From: Daphnia carinata
Lineage: Eukaryota
DNA length: 64,000 nt
Direction of reading: 5' to 3'
Assembly (NCBI RefSeq): GCF_022539665.2
Contig: NC_081331.1
Location: 2,914,001 to 2,978,000, forward strand
The position numbers were made by a program, and so were the translations under genes. A model generated the notes under the pieces. It worked only from the letters and a program-made list of their open reading frames with translations, had not been told where the DNA came from and ran no database searches. Positions within the stretch are counted from its first letter, which is position 1, and each line of letters starts with the position of its first letter. Shown here piece by piece: positions 25,968 to 40,599 of the stretch.

Positions 25968-27842
25968 TTAAGATACGGCCATCTCCATAACGACGTCTCG
26001 ACTATTGTTGGCAAGCTGGGAATAATTCCCGCCGAGTTTCAGTAGCCACGACGAGTCAGTGAAGCACGGAAATTGGCGAGCGTGTTGGGCCATACGGCCA
26101 GCGAAGGTCGTCGCCTGCAACTCCTTGGTGATCCGATGGAGCGTTTTGTTTTTCGTTTCAGGCACGGCCAAAAAGATGAATATGATGGACAAAAATGTCA
26201 GAATGGCGTAGCCGAAAAAAACGCCACCCAGCGAGAGGAGCTGCACAGTGCGGAGGAACGTAGCCGAAATGGCTAAATTGGTGGCCCAGTTGACTGACGT
26301 CGAAACGGCCATTGCGCGACCTTTAATGGCAGCCGGGAAAATCTCACTGAGCAACAGCCAAGTGACGGGCCCAAAGCTGAAAGAATAAGCCGCAACGTAG
26401 GCCATAAGAGCTGCTAGCGCCATATAGCGAAGTCCTGGATTAACATCAGAGGACGATGAACCACATACGAATAGGGTGGCATTCGCGGAATGATTCGAAG
26501 GCTGGCTGTCTGTGCAGGTCGGTCTAATATCGCTGCTACCACGCTGCTGGACAAGAGCAAAGACACCGAGACAAATCAAGCTGACCGCCATGATGAACGC
26601 GCCCAGCAGCAAGGTCTTTCGTCGGCCCATCCGATCGACGAGCAATAGCGAAACCGCCGTCGCCACCAACTGCAAGAATGAATCCAATCAATACACCAAT
26701 CAAATGCAATTAAATGGTGACATGGAATTCCAACAACCTTGACGATTCCAAGGCCGACTGTTGGAAACGTGGCACTGACCGGATCCCGACCGCAAAAACC
26801 GACTTGCTGGAAAATGGTTGACGCATAGCTGAGGACGTTCGGCTGCCCAGTGAACTGCTGGGCCATTACCAATCCGAAGGCGATTAACATCGCGGAGCGT
26901 AGACCGTCGGCGCTGGAGCACAAGGTCCAGCAGCTCTGCGAACGTCCGGCCTCTAGCGATAGGCGGATGTGGGTCAATTCTTGCCGGACCTCGTCGGTGC
27001 TCTTCAGTTGGCGCAAATGCCTGACGGCAGCCTCGGCCTCCTCATCACGGTGTTTCAGGACTAGAAAATGCGGGCTGTTGGGCAGTTTCAACATGCCAAA
27101 GAGTTGGCCGGCTGCAGGTACCGCGCTTAATCCAAACATGTATCTCCAGCCTTCTGACCGGTCAATGAATATTAAGCCGACTACGTATGCCAAAAGGAAC
27201 CCAACGGTGATGGCTACTTCATTTAGGGACACCAGCATGCCTCTGTTGTGAGGAGTGGATATCTCAGATATATAAATGCATTCGCTGACAGCAGACAAGG
27301 CCACAGCAAAGCCCACAATAAATCTGCCAACAAGCAGCCAGCTATAACTGCTGGAAAATGAAAGAAGAAGAGCACCTGCTATAAATACCAAGGCATTTAC
27401 CATAATGGCCATCCTGCTACCGATTTTGTCAATGCAGACACCTAAGCATTAAAAATAATTAGGACCTAGAAATTCAAATGGGGAGCAGATGAAAATGTGA
27501 TCATCGACAATAGCTACCTCCTACAAGGGATGCAAAAAGGGCTCCAACCAGCATTAGGCTGACCACCATTTCCTGCTGAAAGCAAGTCAGCGAGAACTCT
27601 GTTTTGATTTGAGGCAGAGCGGTGGAAATGATGCCAATGTCATATCCAAACAGCAGGCCACCCAAGGCTGCCATACTGGCTGAGCAAAAAAGAAAGACAT
27701 TGGAATTTGGCTTGGATATTGCTGGTCCATTGTTCGATAATCGTTGTCGTTGATTGTTGTTTGCTATTTGTAAATCATCGTTCAAGCTTTCTTGTCCTCC
27801 AGCTGTCAACAATACAGTGGCGTCTTCTTCATTGTCACACAT
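25968..27842 (-). CDS. Facilitated glucose transporter, class III (SLC2A10/SLC2A12-like), MFS sugar porter, 3 exons, 576 aa
   Basis: Exons: 27842-27518, 27441-26738, 26669-25968; total 1731 nt, in phase. Motifs: GGLLFGYDIGIIS, YISEIS..RG.LVSLNE, GWRYMFG, PNSP, QQFTGQPNVLSYASTIFQ (GQPN is typical of GLUT10/12), VDRMGRR, SFSFGPVTWLLLSEIFP, VPETKNKTL. Confidence 0.95.
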
Positions 27843-30800
27843 AGTCTAGTTTCGAAAGTAAACGACCAAGAACGAGAAATTCAACCGCGTAAAGAATAGG
27901 TCTTGTTTTTTTTCAATATATACGCCAATTATGTGGCCGTAATGCAGTCGAGAAAGCCATAAATTGGCATTCGCAATGATTTCAGGTTTTCCTCTCCAAA
28001 TCAAAGCAGAAGGAGCCAAAACGAAAGCCTCGCGTGTTGTCGTCTAAGCTGTTATTGCCACCGCTAGATGCGGCTAGATGTCCTTGAGAAAATGAAATAA
28101 AAACCAAAATAGATTTGTAACAAATCCTATCTTTACGATGAGGCCGTAGAAAAACAAAAAAAAAAACGAAGCTTCGTGTATACTGCCTCACGAAGGTTTC
28201 GACGCCGCTATGGGAAAGCAAAAATTATCGGAATGCGTAATTGAGCGGGCGATCGAGAGTGGCGGCGCAGCGATGGCTCTATTGCGTGCCAACGACCTTC
28301 GCCCGTTCTTTTAAAAAAAAAATGTTGAAAAGGTGAAAAAAAAGACAAAAGAAAAAATGAAAACAGACAAAAATAGCATTGCAGCCGTGCGGCCTCTATT
28401 GCACTATTCCCGTCAAACCTATGCACCAATAGCGTAGTGCGGGAGCACTTGATCAACAATTCTTGTCCCGCCATTTGCCCCCTTGCACCTTTTTTAACTG
28501 AACTTGGAAACCTTATTAGGTGCCTTTGGCATTTTGTGCTGCTCTGCTCTCTCGCAATTTATTTTACGAGTCGCACTTCATATTGGCGCCATCATGCCAT
28601 TTTTCCTCGTACACCCGGTAGTCCCGAAGACGCATGGGAACGGCGGTTAATCACGCGCACTTTCTCAAAATATGCACAAAGTGTTCAAAAGGAAAAAAAA
28701 TATAAACAGAAGTCTTCAATCGGTGGTTTCGTATTGACGGTCGTGATTTCCTCTCCTCCGCGTCTCCGCAGCGCTTTTCGATTTGATGATTTTGCTGAAT
28801 TGATGATTGAGAAACTCCGTTCGATCTTTATTTTTTTTTTTTTGCGTTCAACCGCTAAACATGTGTGTCTAGGTAATAACGGATTGGCGGTTATATATTC
28901 CATCCTCTGCGGGTGTGAAAGTTGCAGCCGGCCAGCAGCAAAAAAAAAAAAAAAAAAAATTAACCCGCAAATATTCTCTGCCTTATTTCATCTGTGATCT
29001 CTCCGCGTCCGTGATTATAAATCGGCACAGCAAACATGCGAGCAGCACGGCCTGCTGGCAGTCCACGGTGGTTACAGTTTCTTCATATAAATATTGCCGT
29101 TCTGTCACGAAAAACAATAACGGCTAATCAGCAATGAATCATGCCAAGGGCAAAAAATGGGTAAGCGGGACTTGATCGTATCCGTTCGTGATTCATGCGC
29201 TATCAGAACGAGATCATACCGAGGGAAAGTCTGGGTATGTAAATGCGGTCAATATCAATAGATGAAAAAAAGAAACAAATTTTAAAACTAAGAAGCGTCA
29301 TCAATCTCCGTTAAGGAATTCAAACGACAGGTGATGTTCTCTCTCCCGAAATGTTTCTTTTCTTGGTTCGCACGCCGCAATAGGAAATCAAAACCCAATA
29401 AACAAAAAATACTGAGATCGAGTTAAAAAAAAAAAAAAAAAAAAAAACACGATGAGATAATCAACCAAGCGCAGCCGCCAGGTAGCCATTTGAAGAAGAA
29501 AGCAAGTAAATCAAAGAAAAGTAATTTCCCTTGACTCCCTTTTATTTTTAACATCCCCTCTACTTTTTTTCTGTCTCCTTTTCCGACCGAGTGAAAGCGA
29601 TGATGATGATGATGGGGAGAGAGAGAGAGATAGAAAAAAAAAAAGAGTGTCTGCACTCAAACGGGTCGTTCAATCGTGAATAATCGGTACAATCAGCTCT
29701 GTCGCCAGCCGTTCCTCTTGCGCTCGAGGGTTAAAACGTTAAACAAAAAAAAAAAATGGTGAGATTACCTTGCGTTGCTCTCTGCGTGATTTACCGTAAA
29801 CGACACTCGTAAACGACAAAAAAATAAAAGACGGTGATACTATACAGGATTAAGTGGAGTGGAATGAGCTCATTTACGGTGTCAGGTGAATCCAGCGCGG
29901 CATAGTGAAGAGAACTTTCCATTCTGTGAAAATAGAAAAGCAAGGAGGCTTGCGTAGTACAGTATTAAATAAATTATTCAATTCAAAAATGATGATTTAA
30001 GAAGCCCTTTTTTTTTTGTGACCTCCATCGATAATTCACAGGTGACTCTCAAGTTTCACTTTTTTGGCGTGAAAAAAAGTAGCCGTTGAAGTTATGGATG
30101 TTTAACGATCATACGTCGCTGTTAGTTTGACGGAGGCACCAGTCAAGGTCTACCTACTAAGTGAATTAGCTTTATGATGACGAGGCATTCAATACGTGGG
30201 AAGAAAATCAGGTAGAAGGTATAAAGAGCGAATTAGACATCGGTTGATAACAAGAATGCCAAACACAGATGAGAAGCTGAATCGAATGTAAACAAAAAAT
30301 GAATCCTAAATATTTAGTTTTGTCAAAGTAAAGCTTCGTCGGAGACAATAACAAAACGCGAACGCTATAGGAAAGCGACCTCTAGCTCCTGGCTGATGAC
30401 GGCAGCTCGAGGGTGTTATTGTCGCACGTCCGCAGGCGATTATATATACCTATAGACTTCTTCGTCCCTGTTAAGACAATTGCGAGAAGAACGTGGCAAC
30501 ATGAGGGGGGGGGGGGGGGGGACCAGAGGGACACAGCGAGGGGAGCCACCAAAAGCTATAATGATTCCTCAATTTTGCCCTGTGGAGTTACTATATTTAT
30601 ATTCTTATACCTATATACGTGCATCGAGGGGTTTCTAGTTATTTTCAGAGGGCGAAAGCGGTGTTTAGAAGCATGGCAGATAGGATGGAACAATGTGTTG
30701 TTCATCAAAACCTTACGTACACAGCTGTTGCACGTTCAATGGAAGAGGGGGGTAAGAAGAGCGTACCAAGAAAATAGCCATTTACCATAGAGAGCAAAAT

Positions 30801-33800
30801 ATATACGCAATAGATTCGTTGGGTTTCGAAATGTCACTACTATTTTTATCGTCGTTGTTTTTTGTTTGAAACTGCGGGAAATGGCGTGGGTGATTTTGTT
30901 GCACGTGAAACTATATAAATTTTGGACAATCAACACAAAACACACACACACAAAAAAAAGAGAGTGAGAGTGGCTGATTCATTGTCGTGGCACTATTCCG
31001 GCCAGGAACTAAACAGAACCCCTCGATTGTCGGAAATTAGGGTCGTTTCGTGTGTGTGTGTTTGTTACATCCCTTCCCCTCGTTCGACAGTGTTTGTGTG
31101 TGCTGCATCCGCAGACGTGCCGGATACATACACCACTCTCCACACTATATCCACACAACGCTATTATACGCCCTTTTCGTTTTTCCCTGTGTGTGTGTGT
31201 CGAACTGGACATTTAAACCCCTCGTCTGTGTGTGCCAGAAAACGGAACACACCTGGTTACTGGTTTTGTCGAGTGTGTATAACTCCATCATCCGTAAAGA
31301 GAATTTTTTTTTTTTTTTTTTTTAACTAGCCTTAGATAATCCCTTCTACGAAAGTAATAACATTTGCATTTTCGTTTAAAAAGCCCTACGTTTTTTGACA
31401 CCCACTTTCCACCTGGAAGAATAGCCCAACGCTAACCGGATTAACTAAGACACAGTTGAATGCGTCTTTTGTTTCATACCCCCACTCGGTTCAATAGTTA
31501 TCCATTTGTAACACCAAAGAAAGTTAGAGAACAACAAACAAACGATGCGCGTGTTTTTTTGAGACAGTTGAAAAACAATGAGCCATGAAGTTAGTGAAGC
31601 CATTCACGCAGAAGTTCTTTTCCTTTCGTTCCAAGTCGTTCTGGAAATCAATTTTTCATTCAGGAATTTTTACCGTACAAATTTGTTAAAGCATTCAAGC
31701 GCCATTAGTATAGTAGGCTAAAAGAATCAAAGAAAAACAAATTCATGAAATCATCAGAATTCGACGGGAAGACTCACTCGACTTATTCAAATTTTATTTT
31801 TCAATCGGAGGCGGTACGTGCACATCGCATGATGGGCTACGCAATTCGGTCAGCCGAATATTTATTTATTTATTTTTTTTTCGTTTCTGTCGAAGCATTT
31901 TCAGCGTCCAACAAAGCGTGAGCGGACAGCAATTTTTCGACCCAGCGTGAGAAGAGAAGCGGAAAAAGAAAAGTGTTTTATAGAGTTTTCGTGAGGCTCG
32001 ACAACAACGTGAAATCAGTGTCTTTTCTTTCTTTTGTCGAGGAATAAATTATTTTGTCCAGAGTGTGGACGTCTCTACGATTGTCTTCAGGGGATGTTAC
32101 AGAACAGACAAGTTTTGTTTTGTTTTTTTTTTTGTTCTTTTTTTATTTTGGAAAAGACAGGAACAAAAATTTGTTCAAAATAAATCGTCGATTTCTCATG
32201 ACTCGATAGGAATTTAGTAATTGCAATTGCTTCCCTGTAACTACGTGAATGTCATTTCGCATCGCTGCGCCGCGTTCGAAATCTTTTGACTTGAAGCCAA
32301 CGAGAAATGGTTTGTCCATGAAACTTGTTGATCATATTGGAGATAATTAGTATCATATTACAAAGAAAAAAAAGGGGAAAACACGTCACGCATTTCGTTC
32401 ACCCCCCAAATGAATTTGCGCAATTTTATTTAAATCCGATAAAACTCTTGTGGTGGAATCCACCAACGTCAGGAATAGAACAAAATAAAATTAAAAAAAA
32501 AAAAAAACCTGTCGCTGTGTCGCAGTAAACTCATATGCGTATAAACTCCGCAGATGATGGAAAGGAATTGGTCTGATAGGGAAACCGAAAAACGAGATTC
32601 ACCATTGCATGTATCTCTATATGCTAATCGAGCCCTGATATATTTTTTTGAAAGCGCTTTCGGCATGGGGAAGATCCATCAAAGAAAACAAAATGGACAG
32701 AGTTAATAGATACACTAGGAGAGAAAGAGAGAGGGCAAAAGAATGACAACCAAAAATCGTTGCTAGTTGATTACCTTGGAATCGCTAATAAACAAAGTTG
32801 ACCTTAGTTTCACAGTCGAAAACCACTGGTTTCAGCAACCGATTTTTTTTTTCTCTTTTGCTATTAAGAAATTTGCGTCACCCGATCACTCTTCGATTTG
32901 TCCTTAACATTCTTTTTAGAACACTTCTGAGGATTCTGATTTGAATAACTTCTATAGTCCTCCCCCTCCCCCATACGAAAAAAAAAAAAAAAAAGAGATA
33001 GTAGATGGCCTCGTCCACGGTCACCTGTCGGTCCTACTCACCTGGAGAACCGTACCGTGAATCGACGTCGTCACAGTCATGTAAGCCGGATCGCTTTCAC
33101 GTTTTCGAATCATTTTTTTTTATTTTTTTTTGATCATTCAGTTCTTTTATTCTGTTATCCCTACCCTACACAACTCCCCCCCTTCAAACTATTGAATGAA
33201 GAAAGTGAACGTGTACAAGAACGGAAGAGGGATAGAAAGGTGTATTTTTTTTTTTTTTTTTTTATGTTCTGTTGGCTCTTAAGACTAGTCGTTCTGTTCT
33301 GCTTGTTCCGGTGTTACATTGTAGATTGACTCTCCATTATGGCCGTCTGGAAAAAAAACACAACCGAAAAGGGAAAGGTTTGGCAAAGAAATAAACGGAA
33401 ACTACATACAAATACTCGACTATTATCTAACGAAAAGGTTGTTCTTGTCCAAACGAACATCTTCTTCATGAGAAAAATGAAGAGAAAGTAAATACGATTT
33501 TCTTTTCTTTTTACCCCGTTTTTTTTTTTTGTTCTGATTGTCCAACTAAAAAAAAAAAACGAACGCGTGATTCGGCGCCATCAAACCGGTTTTAACAGTT
33601 CGTTGTCAAATCCAAAGCGGAGCATTGAAGACGAACTGTAATAAAAGTCTGTAATAAAACCTCGGTAAAATGTAAACGCAATTATGTATAGGGAAACTCA
33701 AAAAATAAGAAGGAGGGCAAAATCGCTCATTTCTGCCTCTTCCTTTTTGAAACAACAACAAATCAAAATGCTTTTAATATTTTTTTTTTTTTTTATTACC

Positions 33801-36800
33801 ATAAAGGACATTATTATTTCGTTGGTGTTCCTGTGCGGAAGCACCTGCGAGAGTTTACACGACGAGAAGAGAAAGTTGAACAGGAACAAGTGCAGTCTCG
33901 GAGAGACGAACTGCGCACGTGATTCATTCCACCATTTTTCATTAAAAAATATGTATAAAAAAAAAAAGAAACCCTTTCAGACAACTTATTATAACTGACT
34001 CTACACACGTACGGAAGTTCTATACAGTTGGTTCCATTATCTTTTCATCGTTTGTGATATATACGTACATCGGCTGGCGACGAAAGTGCACAGAAGAGAC
34101 ACGCCTTGCGCTTTATCCTGTCGTTCATGACGGAGAGTTCAACATCGTGCAACTGTTTTCTTTACTCCCGATTCACTATGGCCAAAATGCTCCGCCATGT
34201 GCTCTTCCGTGTACCTCATGCTCCTTTTTTATTATAATTATTATAACGCGTAGATGTGTATGAACAGAAATTAGCAACGAAACATTAGAAGAAAAAAAAA
34301 AAACTTCATGAACCAGACAGGTAAGAAAATGAATATCATTTTTTTTTGGAGTGGCATTCAAAATCTCCGACCGAGAGATGCGGAGTGCGATGGCCGCAAG
34401 GAATGAATAAACACATTTTTCATGTTCCTTTTTTTTTTTTTATTATTATTTGCTTCTATTCCATCTGTCCAGATTTGTGAGCCAGTTGTCATTCTTGATT
34501 TTTGTTTTTATTTTTCTGGCATTTCCAGTCAAAGCGAAATCAGTCTGCCGGTAACGCAACAATCATTTGTTTTGGAATGAAAATAAAACACAAAAAAAAA
34601 AATAAATGTTGCGCAAAACAAGCAAAATCAGAACTAGAAAAAGCCAGTGAAAATAAAAGATTACATTTATTTTTGTTTGAGGAAAAAACGACGACGGACT
34701 CCGAAAAAAAAATGAGTGAAAGTCAAGGCCAGTTGCGCTTTAATTACAAAAAAAAAATAAAAAATAAAATATCAAAAGAAAAGAGTTAGATAGTTTTTTG
34801 GATTTCTTCGGGTCTCGTTAACGGACTTGATCCAATCACCAAACAGCGGATCACAAGGAGCAAAACAGGCAGCCATCCATGAAATGATTTCTCATTTTTT
34901 CTTTTTTTTTTTTTTCGTTTATTATTCTTTCCCGTCAGTCTATAAAATCATAATTGCTTGGCTGCAACAGCTCCCTACTGCGTTGCTGTTAAGCAGTCGG
35001 ATGGGGGGATGACGAATGCCTCTGCGGGATCTAATTATGTGAAAAGAGTGCGACGTGAAACGGCGGGGCTGCGCGAAAAAGGGCGAACTAGAATAGGAAA
35101 TCACATCAACTGATAAAAGCATCGCCCTTTCAAGACTAAAATAAAACAAGAAATTATAAAAGACGAGTAGCGAATAGCTTGGGAAAGACGCACAGCAAAA
35201 GTCCATTACGCAATTTTTTTTTTTTTTTTTTTTTTTAACAATAATGTCATCATCCACTTTTTTTTTTTCCCCCGCATTTATTGTTGTGCTTTTAAAATGC
35301 TCGTCTTCCCCTGTTTTCATTTTATCAGACATCAGTCCACCGACGCAGAGAAAAATAAAACAAAAAACCGGCTATGCGTTTTAGACGCGAAATAGAAAAA
35401 AGAAAATCATCCGGAATTAATGGGAAAACGATGCATGCATTAATTTTAAAGAAATATATAATAATAATCCAAACTGGTGATACTTGTACGGTAGATAACA
35501 GACAATCGACGCATTTCGTAAGAGTTTTTTTATTTTTAAACGATATCAACGGTTCGTTGAACGCACGTTCTTCTATTGTAACCCTGACATTTCTTTAGTG
35601 AACGATAAACTCATCATCGTGCGATTCGCTGGGGCAACGCTTTGCACTTAATGTCCAACATGGTATTCTTTGTGATGAGTTTTAGAATAGGAGGAGGAGC
35701 TTTACGTTGTTTTTTGACAGTCACTGATGACAAACGAATTTCATCCAGCGGCCTCTTTCAGTTCGTTGCAGATCGTTGTGCAATACGTGGAACGTCACAT
35801 GAAATTTCGGGAATGTTTCACAACGTAGTTCCGGCACTATTCCATATATCGGCCATGAACCTGTGATTTCTATTTGTTTTTGAATTTGAAATCAAGATAG
35901 AACATTTTTTCGTTTCCTTTTTTTATCCAGTGCACGTAAAAAACCCAGGCAATAGATTGAAAGGCGTGGCTGCCATTGGCCGCTGGTGCCGTGTTTGCAG
36001 GTTACCGGTTATCGCTAGTGGCTGTGCATATTTGCGAGAGCGGCTATCGTGATTGACGCTTTAAAAAAAAAAAACGAATAAAACAAAGAGACTATGCACA
36101 AAAATCCCTTCCGGCTTTTGTTTTTTTTTTCTTTTTCTTTCCTCAATTATAATGTGCATCCAAATACGGAATGAAAGGCGTGATGGGGTCAAGTTTGGAG
36201 GGTATAATCTAATAACTTGTACAGCAGAAAGAAAAAAAAAAAAAAAAAAAATGAGAAGCCTCTTCTTATAACCACAGAATAAACACGATGTTTAATCGTT
36301 TTTTTTTTTTCCTTTTTATTCCAATCTTTATTGGATTTTAGTTGCGTCTGTGCTTTTTTTTTGGTTGTTGTTGTTTTATTAATATCTTCACGCTGTGACC
36401 TACTCCCTGCGCCGAAGAGATTTCGTGATTGCCATTTGCCCAGTTACTGTACGATTCTACTATCCTATATCCCACTCCCGGTGGACTATGCCAAAGTAGG
36501 TCATTGGTTCATCCATCCGACCATCAGTTCAAAAACATGCAATTCCCGCTTCTTCTTTTTTTTTTTTTTCTTTCTCTTTGAAATCAAAACGGTGTAACAT
36601 TTAGAAAGAGAGAGAGAGAGAGAGAAAAAAAAAGTGAAAATAAAAAGAGGAAAAGAAAGTTCTTGTCCCGGGGTTTGTGTGCGGCCGCTTTCAGAGCCAA
36701 ATAGCGCAAACATTGTGGAACATCCGGCGACCCGGAGAACGACCGGACGAACGGGACGTCAGGAATTAAAAAATCTCGTTTTTTTTTGTTTTTTTTACAA

Positions 36801-38509
36801 AAAAAGAGGAAGTCAAATCAAATCCCCCCCCCTAAAAAAGAACTTGTTTTATTTTTAAAGGAGAGTAGAACAATAATACAACAGAATAAAAAAAAAAAAA
36901 AAAAAAGGACACATACGCAGCAGGACCAGTAAATAGAGGAGCATCCGCATCCGGAATGCAGAAACGTGCAGTAATTGCACAAGCGGGACAAAAACAAAAA
37001 ATCAACGGGAGAAAACAACCCCCCCCCCCCCCCATATCTTTCCAAAACAAAGTCCCGTTGGTGAAAACGTCAAAATTTTTAGGTAAAAACAAAAAACAAT
37101 AAAAAAATAAAACTAAAAAAAAAGCAAAGAAAAAGGCAAGTAACAAATGCTCTGGTCAGTTTTGACATTTTGCAGCCATTGTCATGATGGAAGTGCGTCG
37201 TTATTTTACGATGGCCGCATACACTGACGAGCCGGAAAACACGACACTCTCTACGACCGAAGCTTTAAATTGTAATTCGCACGGCAATAGTTCATCATCC
37301 CATTTCTCTCTCTTTTTTTTTTTTTTTTTTTTCATTATTTTTTTTTTTACGTCCGTTTCTGTTGCAGCACATTTTCGGGCGCGTTCTTCAAATATTTTGC
37401 CTAGCGCGTTCAAGGCCCTGCACTCGCCGAAAGGTCCGCGCATAATTCGTTGCGCGAACGAAGATGAGGGTTTTTCAGCATAAATAATGACGCTCCTTTT
37501 CTTGATTTCGCATCCATCTTTTGGCACGGAATGCACACAAGCACAATCTACTATTACACATCTGCTGTTTTTTTTTTTTTTTTTCTTCATATAATCGTAC
37601 GCTAAGGACTGCGAAGCGCGTGCTGCAGTGTAACGCCGACATAAGAAAAAATGGAAGGGTACACACACATACAAAAAAAAAAGTGAGGCGCGTGTGCCGA
37701 CAACGGTTAAAGGCCTGTGATTATATTAACTCGCCCGCAGTTACAAACGCACACACACACACAGGGGTTACACTATACTTGTGTGTCCATAATGACGGTC
37801 ACTACACCTATGCAAGCTTCTAGATTATCCTAGTGGATCGTTTTTTCAGAATTATTATTATGCCATAGAGCGCCCAGGTAACCTTGTACCTGATATTTTT
37901 CCAGCTGGCCACAGCAAATGATTTTTTGTTTTCTTTCGATTTTTTATTCGGTTCGTTTCCCTCCGCGAATGTTAGGTGTGTCCACACATCGTGAATGGTG
38001 GGAATCAACCTTGACAGGTGGTAGAGAACAAAAAAAAAAAAAAAAATAAATAAAAACATTCCCCCATTAACGACCGCGGCAATGTTCTGAAGTAATAGTA
38101 CAAAAAAAATCAAATGACAAAAACCTTAAAGTGGTGTGACAGATTTCAGGGAAAAAAAAAGGGATTCGAAGGAATTCGCAAAAGTGGGTGCTACCGCTGC
38201 TCCTACACTTACACGAAGGTAAAAATGTATAACAATAGCCGAAAAAATATGAGCAAAAAAAAAAAATAAATAAATAAATAAAACTGGATCTCGTTTTGGC
38301 CATTGCTGAACCAGTTCTTTTACAGCCGTCACGTAAAAACATCACAACAAAAAAAAAAAATTTGCCCTCGTGAATCTTTTCGTGAAAAGAAGACAATGAA
38401 GCAACAAGTAGGAAATGGTAGCAGAATGCCAAGTGAGTTAATATCATCTAGCTGCCGATTGCGGTCACGCTCTTCTCCCGACAGCCGTTCCACATTCAGG
38501 AACGGCGCG

Positions 38510-38533
38510 CACACACACACACACACACACACA
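38510..38533. repeat. (CA)n microsatellite, one of several in the window
   Basis: Directly visible CA run; similar runs at ~39924, ~53456 and ~61243. Confidence 0.85.
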
Positions 38534-39947
38534 AAACACGAGCAAAAAAAGAATTGCATTTGCATGGCTCTCTTTTTCTCAGCAGCCGCAGGAAAGAAGA
38601 CGCAAAACAAATTAAAATTACCACATATTTTTTTGGTTTTTTTTTTTTTGGTTTAAGAGCCTCGAATAAGTGATGCCTGCCTTTATTTGTTATTGTTTAT
38701 CTCATAGCCTGAAAACGTCGCCTTACTTCTCGTCCATTACAACGAGATTACGTATTCTTCTCTTTATTATTCATTTTAATCTCGCGTATATTTCTGTTTT
38801 TTAATGGTGGGCCAAACATGTCCTTATCACAGGTGTTAAACAATGCCGGGTATCGCCAAAAAAAAGGAAAAGAAAAAAAAAAAAAAATTCATCCTTTTAC
38901 CTTATTAGTATTTCAAACGAGGGGCCCCCCGATATTCATTAATCGGGAGGCGCTGGGAAAAAGAACAAGGGCACATTCGCAGGTAGCCGTCCTTTATATC
39001 ATGACGATCAATTCTTTTTTTCGCAACACGGCGCACTTTTTTTTTAGTCTCCCCCCTCCCCGCTTTTATTTTTTTCAAGTCCTAACAGCCGCACATGGCG
39101 CAGGTCGTTTGCCTCAAACGCAAGTTCAGAAAACGGAACATTTTTTTGCGTTAGTTGAAATAAACATCAACTTTATTCCATTAAAAAAACACAAACACAT
39201 TGACAATCTGGCGTTGTAAATGACTCGATCATAACCATTTGATTGTTGTACATATTCAGAGGGATCCTTCTCGATGGACTAATTATGTTTGTTTTGTTTG
39301 TTTTTTTTCCTATTTTTAAACCAGGAGGGGCGAAGAACATTGAAGTATTGCGTGAGTCTTGGAGCGAAACGTCCTCCGGTAAGGTCCAGTCCCATTGCCG
39401 GATTGCGGCTTTTTTTTTTTTTTAAGACTGACCCTTTTTTTTCATTTTTTTTTTTCTCAGCCGTGGTTTTTTGAAAAAAAAAGAAAAAGAAAACAGTAAC
39501 CACCGATTAGGGAAATAAAACTTCGGAGCATTGCAAGGTCGGAATTCATTGGATTTCGATCTTTTGCTAACGACAAACGACAGACTCTCTTTCCATTTTT
39601 TTTTCTAACTTACATACATAAACGTAACTAGCATCTAACGCTGATGACTTTTATGTTCTCTTGTGGGCGCAGAGGTTGAAGAAGAAAAAAAAAAAAAAAT
39701 ACAACTCGAACTTAAATATATAAAAAAAAAAAAAAAAAGAATGGCGGGAGAGAAAGAGAAGGGAGGGCCGCAAGGGGCGGATGACCGTGATGGAGGTGCT
39801 CGGGCTTCAATCCCGCCCCGAGCTAAAATCTACCTGTCTCTAAGCATTTTATTTTTTCTCTCCCCTCCTTCCTTCCCCTCTTTTTTTTTTTTTTTTTCTT
39901 TTCCAGTGTGTATGAGAAAGAGCACACACACACACACACACGCACAG

Positions 39948-39978
<31 letters not shown>

Positions 39979-40599
39979 GAACACAGAACTACCTGGCGGA
40001 GAGAAGAGAACTTCGAATGTTTATTGCGCTTTACACAAACTGCAGTATATAGCTGGCCTCGGTCGCGGTTAGTCCGTTAGTTGGCTGGCGGCCGTCCTAC
40101 ACGATAGTTGTGTCTCTCGCCCCTTTATTTGAAAAAAAAAAAAAATAATAATAATAATTCTTTTTCTTTCTTTCCTCCTCACCTGACGTGTGTTCGTGAG
40201 TCGACGGACTCATTTCAAACAGTTTTCAGTGATACTTAAAAAAGCAAGTGGAAAATAATTCAACAAGTTCCGTGTTTTTCTTTGAAAAAAAAAAAAAAAT
40301 CCCCAAAATGTTGTGACTTATTATTATTTTTTTTTTTCCTGAGTGCAATGAAGATTGAAATCCTTGTGTTTGGTGTGTGATCGATTACTCCGACAGGGCA
40401 CGCAAAAAAAAAAAAAAGCCGCATGGTGACGAGTCGTTGAACTCGTGAGATCGTGCGGCCGCAGCCCCAAAATATAAAAGGTGGAGGTGATTGTCTACAA
40501 AAAGGAAACACAAGAATTCAGTTTTTTTTTTGATTCTTAAAATAAAAAAAAAAAAACGAATTTAATTCTCATCGTGTGGAAAACGAAAAGAAAAAAAAG

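Noticed and set aside
26576..26737. Apparent frameshift between the overlapping 278-aa and 239-aa transporter ORFs
   Set aside because: Explained by a 68-nt GT-AG intron (26737-26670).
28396..28420. miR-92-like seed TATTGCAC
   Set aside because: The rest of the mature sequence diverges and no convincing precursor hairpin forms.
30190..38340. Several TACGTG (HIF/Trh-type) sites upstream of the serrano-like gene
   Set aside because: The count is only slightly above rough chance expectation for a 6-mer.
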